The notes: generated by a model not told the origin, from the sequence alone. A stretch of DNA of 64,000 nt from Azolla caroliniana (GCA_043228905.1 JBHGNT010000003.1:17360001-17424000), one strand, 5' to 3'; shown: positions 1-13,512, counted from the first letter of the stretch. Made by a program: numbers and translations.

Positions 1-822
1 TCGCCCTGACATACATAGCTATGTGACTAAATGTCACCAATGTCAGGTTAACAAAGCCGAGCGACTTAAAGCCGTAGGACTTTTACATCCCTTGGACATT
101 CCCAATAATAAGTGGGAAAGTATATCCATGGATTTTATTGTTAGCCTTCCTCGCACCCAAAAAGGCCATGATGCCATTTGGGTTGTGGTTGATCGACTAA
201 CTAAAATGGCCAGATTTATTGCTACTAAAACCACGGTAACAACTCTTGAATTGGCTTACCAATTCGTTGACGAGTTATTTCGTTTTTATGGGTTACTGAT
301 GGATATCGTGAGTGATCGAGATCCAAAATTTACTAGTGACTTCTAGACGCAAGTCTTTAAGAAGTTAGAAACAACGTTGAGCATGAGCTCCACGGATCAT
401 CCTCAATCCGATAGACAAACAGAATGAGTAAATCAAATTATTGAGGACATGCTTCGAGCATATGTTGGTGCAAAACCAACAAAATGGGAACATTATCTCC
501 CAATTTTGGAGTTTGCTTATAACAGCTCCAAGCATACTTCGACTGGATATAGTCCTTTTATGTTGATGTATGGTTTTCAGCCACGAGCCCCGATTGATGT
601 TAGTATACATCATGATGAGTTGCGAAGTACGCAAAACTTTCTTCGGGATATGCAAGATATGTTGCATATTGCACGAGATAATATAAAAACAGCTCAAGAT
701 AGAGTGCGTTTTTATGCCGACCATCATAGGCAACCTCGTGTATTCAACACTGGATAGAAGGGATTTTTACGTGTACCTCACAATTCTAAGACATTGTCTA
801 CGGGTAAGTGCGCTAAGTTAGC
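1..822 (+). pseudogene. Ty3/gypsy integrase fragment (disrupted, truncated at both ends)
   Basis: ORFs 23-346 and 449-757 show the integrase CxxC end of the zinc finger, WESISMDFI, VVVDRLTK, IVSDRDPKF and EFAYN motifs with in-frame stops. No gypsy LTR follows; the sequence abuts an unrelated LTR fragment at about 823. Confidence 0.85.
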
Positions 823-1066
823 CCACACACACACGAACTCTGTTTGCCCTAGGTCATATTTATACTAATATGACTTTCGGGCTATTTACAAATATAGCCT
901 CAATGGGCTAACAGAAACATATTTACATATATGTCCCTTCATCCGGTGAGAGGTTCTCACTGAGCCTGCGTCATCCGGTTCTCACCGGTTCTTCCTTACC
1001 GGGTACTCATCATCCGGTTCTCACCGGGCCTTCATCATCCCATCCGGAGGGACTGAGATCCTAACA
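823..1066 (-). repeat. Partial copia LTR (element D), inserted in the RT of element B
   Basis: Ends ...CCGGAGGGACTGAGATCCTAACA (TGTTAGG start on the minus strand). Similar to, but diverged from, 16082-16324. Right flank is GACCC. Confidence 0.7.
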
Positions 1067-2458
1067 GACCCAACTGGCTCTGCGTCTACCATGTTGAACC
1101 TTTGAACCACCTTTGTCACGTACTTCTCCTGTGACAGCCACAACAACTTCTGCGACCGGTCCTAGATGATGTGCATCCCCAAAATTTATCTTGCCAAATC
1201 TTTCATTGAGAAGGTCCTGTTCAGGGCCTTCTTCAACATTAGGATCTTGATTTGGTCTCGTCTGACGATCAACATGTCATCCACGTACAGAAGGAGTATT
1301 TGGAAGTCTCCTCCATCGAAGTTCTTCACAAATACACAGTGATCGGCTTGCGTCTTGTGGTACCCTTGGTCGGTCATGAAGGAGTCGAACTTCTGGTACC
1401 ATTGCTAGGGAACTTGCTTCAATCCATATAAGCTCTTCTTCAGCCGGCACACTAGGTGCTCCTTCCCTTTCTTCTCAAATCCTTGAGGTTGCTGCATGTC
1501 GATCTTTTCTTCGAGGTCGCCATGTAGGAATGCCGTCTTGACGTCTAGTTGCTCTACCTCGAGGTCCATGCTTGCCACTATGCTCAACACCGTCTAGATG
1601 GATGTCATCTTCACTACCGAGGCGAAGATCTCGTCGAAATCCACTCCTTTCTTCTGTTGAAAACCCTTCACCAAGATCCAGGCTTTGTACCTTGATGGAT
1701 TTCCGACATCTCCCGGTTTCAGCTTGTACACCCACTTGTTCCGAAATGCCCTCTTTCATTTCAGCAGCTTTGACAGCTCATATGTATGGTTCTCATGCAG
1801 GGAATCCATCTCATCCTACATGGCACTCAACCACTTGCGGCTATGGGTGTCTTTCTTTGCTTCATCGAAGCTTTCCGGCACCCCTTCATTGGTTAGCAAC
1901 ACATGCTTTGCATCCAGAAATCTCCGGGGGGCTCTTCTCTCTCTTAGAGGATATCTTCGTCCTTGATTTCCAACTACCTGTTCCTCCGTTTGCTCCTCAT
2001 CCTCATCCGATTCGGGGTCTTGTCTGGTTCCGGTGTCTTCTTCTTCTTCTTCTTCTTCTTCAATTGGTTTGGTTTCTTGTTTGAATCTGTTCGGTTCATC
2101 GAGTGTCATCCGGTTACCAACTAACTTTCGGTTTTCGACCGAGTAAGTCCTTGTGTCCTCAAACCAGTTTTCGTTGGTTGATCCAGAGTCCATCTTCTTC
2201 TCTGACTCCCAGTCGGCAATGGTCTTGTCTTCCATGAAGACTATGTCCCGACTCCAGAACACCTTCTTGTCCACAAGATCCCACACTCAGGAACCGAATT
2301 CATCATCGCCGTATCCAAGGAATATGCATGGCCGGAACTTCGGGTCCAACTTTGCTCTCTTGTCCTTTGCGACATGCACATATGTGAGACACCCGAACAC
2401 CTTCAGATGCCGGTAAGACATGTCTTTACCGGTCCATACTCTTTGTGGTGTGTCTCCT

Positions 2459-2893
2459 TGTAAAAACGAAGGTGCGGAAGATTTTGAAAACCGGCTTTGC
2501 CAGATAGCAACAGAGAGAGAGAGAGAGATTAACACACAAAAGCTACATAGGAGACATAGAGAAAGAGCAGAACAACTTAAATCTATTATCAATAACTCTG
2601 TAAAATTCTCTTTAGATACAACGTGCTCAACAAGGCTATTTATACAAGTCCAACGTGCTCAACAAGGCTATTTATACAAGTCCTAAGAGGACTGACAGAA
2701 GTACAGTGTACTTCAATGCTCACACGAGTGTCTGATACTAACTACGAGACATTGGCTACCTACTAGTCTATGTTGCTACTAGGCTTCCGTTTACTGCTTG
2801 ATCCGGCTAACCGGCTCCCCAGCTCATCGGCTCACCGATTTGGCTCATCCTTCCGGATGCCGATCCGGATCCGGTTGAGCTTGCCGCTCAACA
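2459..2893 (-). repeat. 3' LTR of copia A
   Basis: Direct repeat of 13513-13933; carries a 32-bp tandem duplication at 2619-2682. Confidence 0.92.
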
Positions 2894-3444
2894 CTCCCAC
2901 TCAAGCTCAACTTGAGGTCGGATCGTAGTGTCAGTCTCCATGGCAGTCGGTTCTTCCACCCGGCTCCTTCTGGTGTCACTCCACCTCACTCGCGCTCCTC
3001 GTCCGGTACGTGTCATGATATGGCAAGACTCGAACCCATAACCTTATGCTACATGGGTCGAGCTCTTGACCCTTAGACTATACATTGTAATACGTAGAAT
3101 ATTATTTTCATTTATGTTTTATTATAGAAAATTGATGTATATTCCAGATTTCTCTGGAACATTCTAGAAACTTCAGGAGTATTCCTTAGAACACTATAAA
3201 AGGAGGCACAAGGCATTATTTCGAACCAAATCGGTTCAACGCCAATCTTAAGCCTCCTAGCTACTGTACATTTTCTTCACATAATATATATCTTTTCTTA
3301 TCATCACTCACTCTCTCTCTCTCTCTCTCTCTCTCCCTCCCTCTCACTCACTCTTTCCTTCTCTCGAGAGTTCTTCACCTCTCTTAGTACTAATACTTCT
3401 TTTAGTACTAATTCCTTCTCTGTCTTAGTACTGTTCCTGACAGT

Positions 3445-3457
3445 TTGAACCGATTTG
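3445..3457 (+). promoter_or_regulatory. Putative self-priming primer-binding site
   Basis: TTGAACCGATTTG, 2 nt after the 5' LTR, is the exact reverse complement of LTR 3227-3239, which lies 32 nt downstream of TATAAAA at 3195. No TGG-type tRNA PBS is present. Confidence 0.75.
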
Positions 3458-3516
3458 CCTTACCTTCTGTCTCTCTCATTTCCTACTAATCTCTTATTCC
3501 TCTTTTCTTTCATCCC

Positions 3517-4668
3517 ATGGCCACTGTTAGCGCTGAAGAATATCAATCTGTTTTCTCGGAATTTCAATGCTTGAAAGAGAAGTTCCATGCTTTGGAACAA
3601 GAAAACCAACGGTTGCTGGGGAATCTTCAGCAAATCTCCTTAGAAAAGCAGCAAACGCAACAACAACATGGGGAACTTGAGTTACGTGTGCAACAACTCG
3701 AAGCCACCATCGTAGCGATGCAACAACAAGGGCCCGGAACACAAGGGATTCATAAAGAACCCAAGATTGGCCTTCCCACGAAGTTCGATGGAACGCGATC
3801 GCAGTTTAGAGGGTTCCTTAACCAGGTACGATTAGTTATTCAAATGCATCCTTCTCGATATCCCACCGATGCATCACGAGTGGGTTTAGTAGGCACTTTG
3901 TTAAGTGGCTCAACGTTGGCATGGTTCGCTCCACTATTAGAAAAGGAATCTCCGTTACTCAACAATTTTGAAGAGTTTCTAGGTGAGTTTAAAGCATGTT
4001 TCGGAGATACTGACAGCATCAGGACCGCAATCAACAAAATTCGGCGATTACACCAAGGTGACCGTCCAACCTCTACATACGCTGCAAATTTTCGCCTACT
4101 CGCCGTCGATATCCCTTGGGATGATCAAGCGTTGATGGAGCAATTTCGTTATGGTTTACGCAACGACGTCAAGGATTTACTCTTGACCTTCCCCGAAGAG
4201 CCAAAGTCCTTAACAGAAGCAATTAGTCGCGCGGTGAGATGTGACAACCGCCACTTTGAGCGACGTTCGGAACGACAGCTACAAATGCTGAGGGCAAGAT
4301 CAGAGCCCACCTACGCCTCAGTGGTATCAAGAACTTTTCTGAGGGAGTCATATAATGCGCCTCTAGCGAATACTCCGACTCCGATGGAGATTGACACTAC
4401 ACGTCGTCGAGGGCCATTATCCGAAGAAGAAAAGCAGCGATGCCGTACAAATCGACTATGTCTTTACTGCGGTGGACCAAGACATATTGCAATAAATTGC
4501 CCCCATAGGCCAAGAAGACAGGTAAACCAAATAGTCGCTAGTTCTAATTGTACTAAACCCGAGCCTATTTCAGTAGGCATATCTGATAGTCCTAATAGTA
4601 CTAATAGCCCAGATCTAGCGAACAGATTTGATGTCCTTAGTCAGTTAGAAGAAGAGTTAAATGACTAA
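3517..4668 (+). CDS. gag: Chromovirus Gag (coiled coil, capsid, CCHC-type knuckle)
   Basis: Uninterrupted 383-aa ORF with KFDGTRSQFRGFL, LHQG, PMEID and CLYCGGPRHIAINC motifs. Confidence 0.9.
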   Translation: MATVSAEEYQSVFSEFQCLKEKFHALEQENQRLLGNLQQISLEKQQTQQQHGELELRVQQLEATIVAMQQQGPGTQGIHKEPKIGLPTKFDGTRSQFRGFLNQVRLVIQMHPSRYPTDASRVGLVGTLLSGSTLAWFAPLLEKESPLLNNFEEFLGEFKACFGDTDSIRTAINKIRRLHQGDRPTSTYAANFRLLAVDIPWDDQALMEQFRYGLRNDVKDLLLTFPEEPKSLTEAISRAVRCDNRHFERRSERQLQMLRARSEPTYASVVSRTFLRESYNAPLANTPTPMEIDTTRRRGPLSEEEKQRCRTNRLCLYCGGPRHIAINCPHRPRRQVNQIVASSNCTKPEPISVGISDSPNSTNSPDLANRFDVLSQLEEELND

Positions 4669-7600
4669 GTCCAGCCAAAATAGGAGTCGTTTGGTTGGAC
4701 AGCCCTAGATCTGTGCAGCCCATTAGTGGTTCCATTCCCTCTAAGCAAGTTAGTGATGTGTTCGTAGCCCAAGTAATAGTTAGTACTAAAAGTACCCCTC
4801 CAGTACATGTCCTAGCACTCCTAGATTCTGGAGCTAACTCTTGCTTTATGGATAAGAAATTTGCTCAAGCTCATAAGATATCCCTAAGAAAACTCTAGTG
4901 TCCAGCCTCTGTAGTAGTCATTGATGGACGTCCCAATGCTTCCGGAAATATCATAGAAGAGTCAGAGCCCATTAATATTGTCCTAGATAACTTAGCATGT
5001 GTAGTATCATTTAATATTATTAGTATCCCGGAACATCCCATAGTTTTAGGATTACCATGGTTCGAGTTCCATAACCCAGACATAGATTGGAGAACAAGAG
5101 AAATCCGGTGTCGACAAACCCAAGGGTTAACCCAGAAGATGACAACCATTTCGTTATGTCAGTTGCGTAAAGAAGGGCGCAAGGAAGAAATGTTCCTCTT
5201 TGCAATATCAGTAAACCCCTCCAACACCACTAAAGAAGAATCCACCGTTCAACTTCCCAAGAAGTATCGTCATTACATCGATGTGTTCGATAAAGTACAA
5301 GCCAACACACTTCCTCATCATCGACTGTACGATTGCCCCATTGATTTACAACCGGGAAAAGAGCCGCCATGGGGACCGATCTACAATTTGTCACCAACCG
5401 AGTTGGAAGTCCTTCGGGCCTATATAGAGGAGAATTTGGAAAATGGTTTCATTTGGCATTCGAAATCTCCAACTGGCGCGCCCATTTTCTTCGTCAAGAA
5501 AAAGGATGGATCGCTTTGTCTCATTGTAGATTACCGTGGCCTGAATAAGGTTACAATTAGGAATAGGTATGCTCTTCCCCTTATCTCAAGTCTTTTAGAA
5601 TGGATCAATGGTGCCAGGTTCTTCACGAAGATCGACTTACGGGGATCATATAACCTCGTACGGATCCGACCAGGAGACGAATGGAAGACCGCGTTTCGCA
5701 CCAGATATGGGCACTTCGAGTATACGGTCATGCCGTTCGGCCACACTAATGCGCCGACAGTCTTTCAACACATGGCTAATGATATATTCCGAGATCTATT
5801 GGATGATTGTTTGATCATCTATTTGGATGATCTACTGGTTTATTCAAAGACCCAAGAAGAACATGATTCTCATGTACTATTAGTACTAAAACGACTTCGA
5901 GAACATGGTCTGTATGCAAAGCTGGAAAAATGTAGTTTCGGGTGCAACCAAGTGGAATTTCTCGGGTACATCATTTTGTCAGAAGGCATCTCCATGGACC
6001 CAGCTAAGGTCAAAACGGTGGTAGAATGGCAGACTCCGCGTTCGGTGCGGGATGTGCAATGCTTCCTAGGCTTTGCCAATTTTTACCGGAAGTTCATACA
6101 AGATTACTCAAAGATCGTTCTACCTCTCACACAACTTACCAGGAAGGGACAACCGTTCATCTGGTCTGAAGAAATGGACATGTCTTTCGAGAGTCTTCAA
6201 AAGGCATTTACATCGGCTCCAATTCTAGCTCATGTCAATCCAGAAAAACCATTCATTATCGAAGCTGACGCATCGGATTTTGCATTGGGGAGCATTCTGT
6301 CACAACAGGGGAATGATGAGAAGCTACATCCTGTGGCTTTTCACTCACGCAAGTTTGACGCCGCCGAAATCAACTACGAAATTCATGATAAGGAGCTATT
6401 GGCAATAGTGGATTCTTTTATGCAATGGAGGCATTTTCTAGAGGGATCCTCTCATCCGGTCACTGTATTTAGTGACCACAAGAACCTTGCCTACTTTCAG
6501 GATGCTCGTGTGTTGAATCGACGTCAAGCTCGGTGGGCCCACTTCCTCACGCGTTTCGACTTCAAAATTACATATCGTCCGGGGAAGCACCAAGGGAAGG
6601 CAGATGCATTATCACAGCATTCGTATCTAGCACCCCGTCCCGGCGAGCCAGCTTTCGATAACCAAAAACAAGTCATCTTGGGACCGGCACGACTACAAGC
6701 AACACAGATCTTTGACATGCCCATGGATTCCCACGTTATTGATACCATACACGAAGACTTGAAGACAGATGCATTTGCCCAAGCTATACTAGCACAAATT
6801 GATCCCTCTCGAGCGTCGTGTTCACAGTCGCAACCACCAGGTACGGACTATCGGCAATTCAAATACCATGATGGATTACTCTTCTTTAAAGAACTTTTGT
6901 ATGCTCCTAATGGTTCTTGCCGCCTTCAAGTAGTACAAAACTGTCATGACACATATACAACTGGGCATTTTGGTAGTACTAAAACATTACATTTAGTACA
7001 ACGATCATTCTGGTGGCCCTGTATGCGACAATTTGTCGAGGATTTTGTTCGGACTTGTGATACATGCTGCAGAGCGAAAATGCCAAGGCATCATCCATAT
7101 GGTTTATTAGAACCATTACCAATTCCAAGCAAGCCGTGGCAATCTATTGCTCTAGACTTCATCACAGATCTTCTAGTCTCTAAGGGGCTCAATACGATTC
7201 TAACGGTGGTCGATCGATATACGAAGATGGCTCATTTCTTGCCATGTACTAAGGAGATCTCTAGTGAAGACACTGTCGAAATTGTCATGCGTGAAGTATG
7301 TCGGCATCATGGACTTCCCGATAGTATCATCAGCGACCGTGGACCCCAGTTCGTGTCAAAATTCTGGGAAGCAACTTTTTAACATGCTCAAGGTCACTTG
7401 TAACCTCTCCTCCGGCTACCACCCACAAACCGACGGCCAAGCCGAACGAACCAATCAAACGCTGGAGCAGTATCTGTGGTGCTTTCTCAGCTATCATCAG
7501 GATGACTGGGCAGATATTCTCCACTTCGCCGAATTTGCCTATAACAACTCTATCCACGCATCCACTAAAGTTACGCCATTTTATGCTTATACGGGATGTC

Positions 7601-8253
7601 ACCCCCGGTGGTGTGTACTTCAAACCCTAGAGGTGTCCACAAATCCTTGCGTAGAGGATCGTTTGGAGAGGTTACGCAAGATACAAGCGGATTTATCTAC
7701 TCATCTCCAACAAGCTCAAGAAACACACAAGGTTTATGCGGATCGTCATCGACTCCCATCTAGTTTTAACATTGGAGATCGGGTATGGCTACTCCGACGA
7801 CACATCAAGACTACTCGCCCATGCGAGAAGTTGCATTATCGGCGATTAGGTCCTTTCCGTATTATAGGAAAGATTAATGATGTCGCTTTTCGTCTTGATC
7901 TACCTCCACAACTTCGGATACATCCGGTGTTTCATAGTTCTCTCCTCGAACCCTATCAAGAGAGCACCATCCCAGGACGTATTACACAGCCTCCACCCCC
8001 GATCGAGCTTGAAGATGGACCTGAGTACGAGGTTGCCGCCATCCTTGATTCCAAGCTTGTTCGCAACAAGCTCTACTATCTAGTCGATTGGCTAGGATAT
8101 AGTCCCAGCGAGCGTACTTGGGAACCGATAGAGAATGTCACCAATGCTCGTGCTCTTCTTGAAGACTTCCATCGTCAATATCCAGACAAACCGGGTCCTC
8201 AATCCAAAATGACTCGTTACACTCGTCGTTTTAAAGGGGGGATAGTGTCATGA
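4656..8253 (+). pseudogene. pol: Chromovirus Pol (PR, RT, RNase H, integrase, chromodomain) with stops and one frameshift
   Basis: ALLDSGA protease, YLDDLL RT, ADASDF RNase H, DFITDL/SDRGPQF integrase, and YEVAAILD...YYLVDWLGYSPSERTWEP chromodomain. Stop at 4896-4898 and frameshift near 7375. Confidence 0.92.
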
Positions 8254-11200
8254 TATGGCAAGACTCGAACCCATGACCTTATGCTACATGGGTTGAGCTC
8301 TTGACCCTTAGACTATACATTGTAATACGTAGAATATTATTTTCATTTATGTTTTATTATAGAAAATTGATGTATATTCCAGATTTCTCTGGAACATTCT
8401 AGAAACTTTAGGAGTATTCCTTAGAACACTATAAAAGGAGGCACAAGGCATTATTTCGAACCAAATCGGTTCAACGCCAGTCTTAAGTCTCCTAGCTACT
8501 GTACATTTTCTTCACATAATATATATCTTTTCTTACCATCACTCTCTCTCTCTCTCCCTCCCTCTCACTCACTCTTTCCTTCTCTCGAGAGTTCTTCACC
8601 TCTCTTAGTACTAATACTTCTTTTAGTACTAATTCCTTCTCTATCTTAGTACTGTTCCTGACAGTACGGTCACGTTTGTCGCGACCCTTCTGATTCTGCA
8701 CACCTCGACCTCCTCGGTCGGCTTGTTTGCTCAATAGGCCCAATTCAGCTCCCTCGTTGATGTGACTTCAACGCTTGCCGATTCGCCGATTCCTTCGTGT
8801 TGGCGTCGACTTTCGCTGCCTTCTCGTCCTTTTGGCCTTGAATTGATCCGGTTCTTCCGAATCCGTTTGTTGAACCAAATCGGCTGTCTCCGATTCGTTC
8901 CAGCTCTTGTTCGAATCGGTTGCTCCCGATTCGTCTTCCGGTTCCAGACCCTTCACCACATCGGACCATGTCCGAGTCTTGGCCTTCTTCATTTGGTCGG
9001 CTCTGTCCTTCTTGACTTTGCCGCCGCCACCGCTTGTTCCGACTTGTTTGGATGTGTCAACTTCCTTTGTCAACTCGGCTCCTTTCTTCTTCTTGTTTCT
9101 CCCTTTGTCGGTTCTTCCCTCACCAACACAATTGTCAACATATTTGCCTTTGCCCGTTCCGGTGTCTTTGCCCATTCTCCCCCTCAAGTGTGGCACATCG
9201 AGATGTTGACCACCAAGCATTTCGGTGAAGTGTTGCAACTTGTCCGACCCAAGCAGTTTGGTGAAGATGTCGGCAACTTGCCGATTCGTATGAACATACC
9301 GAAGTTCAACTTCACCGCTCAGGACACGCTCACGCACGAAGTGGTAGTGCACTTCTATGTGCTTTTTGCGAGCATGGAATATGGGGTTCTTGCCGAGCTG
9401 CATTATGCTTATGTTGTCGTGGTAGATCAGGATCGGGGTCGGCACCTCGATCCGTAGGTCTTGCAGCAGTCGCCCAAGCCAAATGGCTTCACATGTGGCA
9501 ACGGTAGCGCCCCGGTATTCAACCTCAGTGCTCGAAAGGGCCACTGTTGGCGGCTTTTCGCTGCTCCACGCAACAGCCGCTACCAAGGGAAAACATATAG
9601 TCGGAGGTGGATCGGCGATCCGATGCATCGCCAGCCCAGTCGGCATCGGTATAGCCAACTAGCTCTTCGGTTATACCATGCCGGTATAACAGCCCCCGGT
9701 CCTTCGTGCCGCTCACATATCGCAAAATTCGATGTGCGCACAGAAGGTGCTCCACGGTCGGCTTTTGCATATATTGGTTGATCAGGTGATTGTCAAATAT
9801 ATAAGGCTTCTGACGATTTGTCGGAACCGCTTCTCATCGCAGGCTGGTCCGGAGTCAAGATGGAGCTTGTGGTTCTGGTCTAGGGGTGTGGAAATCGGTC
9901 AGCAATCTGTCATGCCGAACTTGTACAACATATTCAACACATAGTGTCTTTGTGAGAGCAATATGCCGTTGGGGGTTTGGATCACATCGATCCCAAGGAA
10001 ATATTGAAGGTCCCCCAGGTACTTCATCTCAAATGCGTCTGACAGTTGGGACTTGACTCGGCTGATTTCATCGAGTCCGAGTCCGGTGATGACTAGATCA
10101 TCAACATACAGAAAGATGCTAACCGGACCGTCCGGACCTTTCCGGATGAACAGTGAAGAGTCGGACTTGGAGGCCGCAAACCCCATCTTACGCAACCGGT
10201 GCATGATCTTCACATTCCAAGCTCAGGGGCCTTGCTTCAGGCCATAAAGGAACTTCTTTAGCCGGCATACCGCCGACTTGGTCATCTCCGACCGGAAACC
10301 GGGGGGTTGGGTCATAAAGACCTCTTCTTCAAGATCTCCTTGAAGAAATGCATTCTTTACATCCATCTGGTGAAGATGCCACCCCCTTGCTGCAGCAACC
10401 GCCAACACCACACAAACCATCGTCATCTTTGCTACCGGAGCAAAGGTCTCGTCGTAGTCGATTCCATGGGTCTGTTGCGCGTATCCCTTCGCCACTAAGC
10501 GGGCCTTGTACCAGTTAACTGAACCATCAGTATTGTACTTTACCTTGTACACCCACTTACATTCGATCGGTTTACAATTTCGGGGACGGTCAATTAGGTC
10601 CCAAGTGTTGTTGGCATCAAGTGCCCGCATTTCTTCCTCCATAGTGGCACACCAATTTGCGTCCTTTGCCGCTTCTACGTAGCTCTTCGGTTCACGCACT
10701 TCTGCCACCTTGGTCATGTACACATAGTGATGCGCCATGTACTCATTATACCCGTACCACTTTACGGGGTTCTTCTAGTGGGAAGACCGGTGTAACTTAT
10801 CGTTACCCAGTTTGAGGCCCTTCTTGGCCGGTTCGGTCTTCGTTGCCGAAGATCTTCCTTCTTCTTCTTTGGAGTCAGATCCGCTCCAATCCGACTCACC
10901 ATTGCCGGTCTCGTGCTCCATCATGTTCCTCTTCCCCTTTTCCTTGCACGTGAACCATCTCCTCGGTTTATTGCGCGGGGGGAACACGGCAAAGTCTCCA
11001 CTACTCACCGGTTCATCTTCCGACTGGTCTGTCTGACCTAGTTGCTCGTTCGGCTTGCTCAACCGAAACGATTCCGGACTCACATCTAGAGTCTCGAACC
11101 CTTCATCTTCTAACCGGACCGATTCAGGGTCACTAGCCTCATCCTCTGGTATCAGCTCGGGGTCGGAAGTCGGAGCCGGTAAAGCATACCATGATGTCAT

Positions 11201-13512
11201 CTCATCAAACTCAACATCCCGGCTAACTCGGACCTGCTTCGTCCGGGGGTTATAACACTTATACGCCTTTTGCTCATGTGAGTAACCGATCAGGATGCAT
11301 TTTTCCAACTTTGCATCCAACTTCCTCCGCTTCTCATCCGGCACATGCACATATGCAATGCCACCAAATATCCGAAGGTGTCTCAAATTCGGCTTGCGCC
11401 CGAAATACAACTCATGCACAGACACCTTGTCACCGATCCGATTTTGGAAATAAACGGTTGTCCGGACCGCCTTAGCCCAGTAGAAATGGGGCATGCTCTT
11501 CTCCTCCAGCATTGCCCTTGCCGCGTCGACAATCGACCGATTCTTCCTTTCGGCCACACTATTTTGCTCCGGTGTGTACCTGTAGCGGAATTCTCTCCGA
11601 ATTCCGTTTTGCTGCAGATAACTATTGAATTGGCTGGAAAAATATTCTTTTCCACCATCCGACCACAGGCACTTGATCTTCCTGTCCATTTCCCGTTCAA
11701 CAAGGCTTTGCAAGTTCCGGAAACACTCGAAGACTTCGCTCTTCCGCTCAATGAGGTAGATTCATGTGTGCCGGTTGTAGTCGTCAATGAAGGAGACGAA
11801 GTATCGACTCCCGCCAAGACTAACGTTTTGGCGCCAAGACTAACGTTACCACTACAGTTTCATTCAGTGGGGAATGGAAGCCGGTGTTGCTTCCCGAGTT
11901 GGCAAGCTTCACATATTTGGACCTTCCGGCCACTTAACTTCGGCAAACTGAAAACAACTTGTTTCATTTGCAGGTCTTGAAGCCTCCGGTAACTGACGTG
12001 GCCGATCCTTTTGTGCCAGAGATCAATATCTGATTCAATCTTTTGTCCATTGGCGAACAAAGCGGTGCCGACGTCATTGGTGTTGAGGATGAACATCCTC
12101 CCATCTCTGCGCCCTTACGCAATAATCTGGCCCTCTTCCTCGATGAAGCACCCAAGGTGCGTAAACCGCACTTGCATCCCCTCGTCAACGATATGACCGA
12201 CTGACACCAGGTTCTTTGTGATAGTCGAAACGTGTAATATGTTCATTAGCTTCCCCCTCTGTCTAATGTGGCTCAAAGGGACTTCTCTGACATGCATGAT
12301 TGGGTGAGGAGTGTCGTCTCCGGTTTCGACGACTCCTGGTTGTTCCGGTTTCTCCAAGAAAAAGAACCACTCTCTATGGCTCGTCATGTGATTCGACACA
12401 CCGGAATCAACGTACCACACTTCCTCCGATTTGGAAGTGGTCTTCTTCATCAAGTTAGCCTCGTGTTTCATCACCAAGGCTGGCCCTTTACCAGCTTTTC
12501 CGGTTTTGGATCCTCCCGATCCTTGTACGTAGTGCGAGTATTGCCGGTTCTCTCTACCGGCCTTGCCGGATCCGGATCTGTCCGAATCGGCGTGCTTCTT
12601 CCAGCACTCGCTTTCTCTGTGGCCCTTTTTACCACAGTACCAAAATTCCGTGTCGGACTTTGCTTGCCGGCCTCCGGGGCCGCCTTGACTCCCCTTGCTT
12701 GTGGAGGGTCCGGAACTGTTGTCGCCACATTTTCTGTGCCTTCGGTCCTGCTCTTGCCAACCGCTACCATTGCGAGCCGACCCGCCACGTCCACCACACC
12801 CAGGGGGCCTATCCGCCTCCATGTACAACATCCGGTTGTCGGTGGGTGCACTTGTTGACGCGCCGGTGTGGTTCTCCTCTACAAGGAGCATCGATTGTAA
12901 GTCGAAAAATGACGGCGTATTCTCCCTTGTACACACCGCCGTTCAGAGCATTCTGAACTTAAACGCTAGGCCCCCAAGAAAGATCTGTACCATCTCATCT
13001 TCCTCTACAGGGACGTGAGTCACAAATCTCTTTGATTCGGGCCTTGTAATCGGCTACCGACATGTCCTTCTATCGGTTATTGCTTAACTCCTATCAGAGT
13101 TGCAGCTTCCGGGTCGTAGTGCTTGCCGCGAAAACCTTCTTCAGGTTTCCCCAAGCTTCTTTTGGCGTCCTGGCATCTCGGACATGGCTCAACAGCTGGT
13201 CTCCAACACTGGACGCAAAGCAGTGCATCACTCTGCTTGCCGCTTGTTCCCACATTGGGAAGTTGTTATATGCCGCATCAGGTGTTGTGTCGTTGGCTCC
13301 GTCGACATAGCTCCAGTAACCATGCCCAAGCAGGTATTGGTGCATCTTGTATGACCAAGATGCGTAGTTGGGTTTGTCGAGCTTCTCCACCGGGAGCGAG
13401 CTAGCCATTCCTCTGTCCATCACTTCTCTTTCTGTTCTTATCGGGTCTTAGGGTTTGTCTTCAGATGCCGATGTCGACTGCAGATGTTCTCAACCCTCGC
13501 GCTTTGATACCA

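Larger units (their letters stand above)
3011..8663 (+). mobile_element. Full-length Ty3/gypsy chromovirus (Tcn1/Tf1-sushi-like)
   Basis: Near-identical LTRs 3011-3442 and 8246-8663 (TGTCA...TGACA), TSD GTACG (3006-3010 and 8664-8668), PPT AAAGGGGGGATAG 8233-8245. Domain order is gag-PR-RT-RH-INT-chromodomain. Confidence 0.96.

Noticed and set aside
823-1066. 3' LTR of copia B
   Set aside because: It abuts mid-RT with no RNase H or PPT and is clearly diverged from B's 5' LTR, so it is better explained as a separate insertion.
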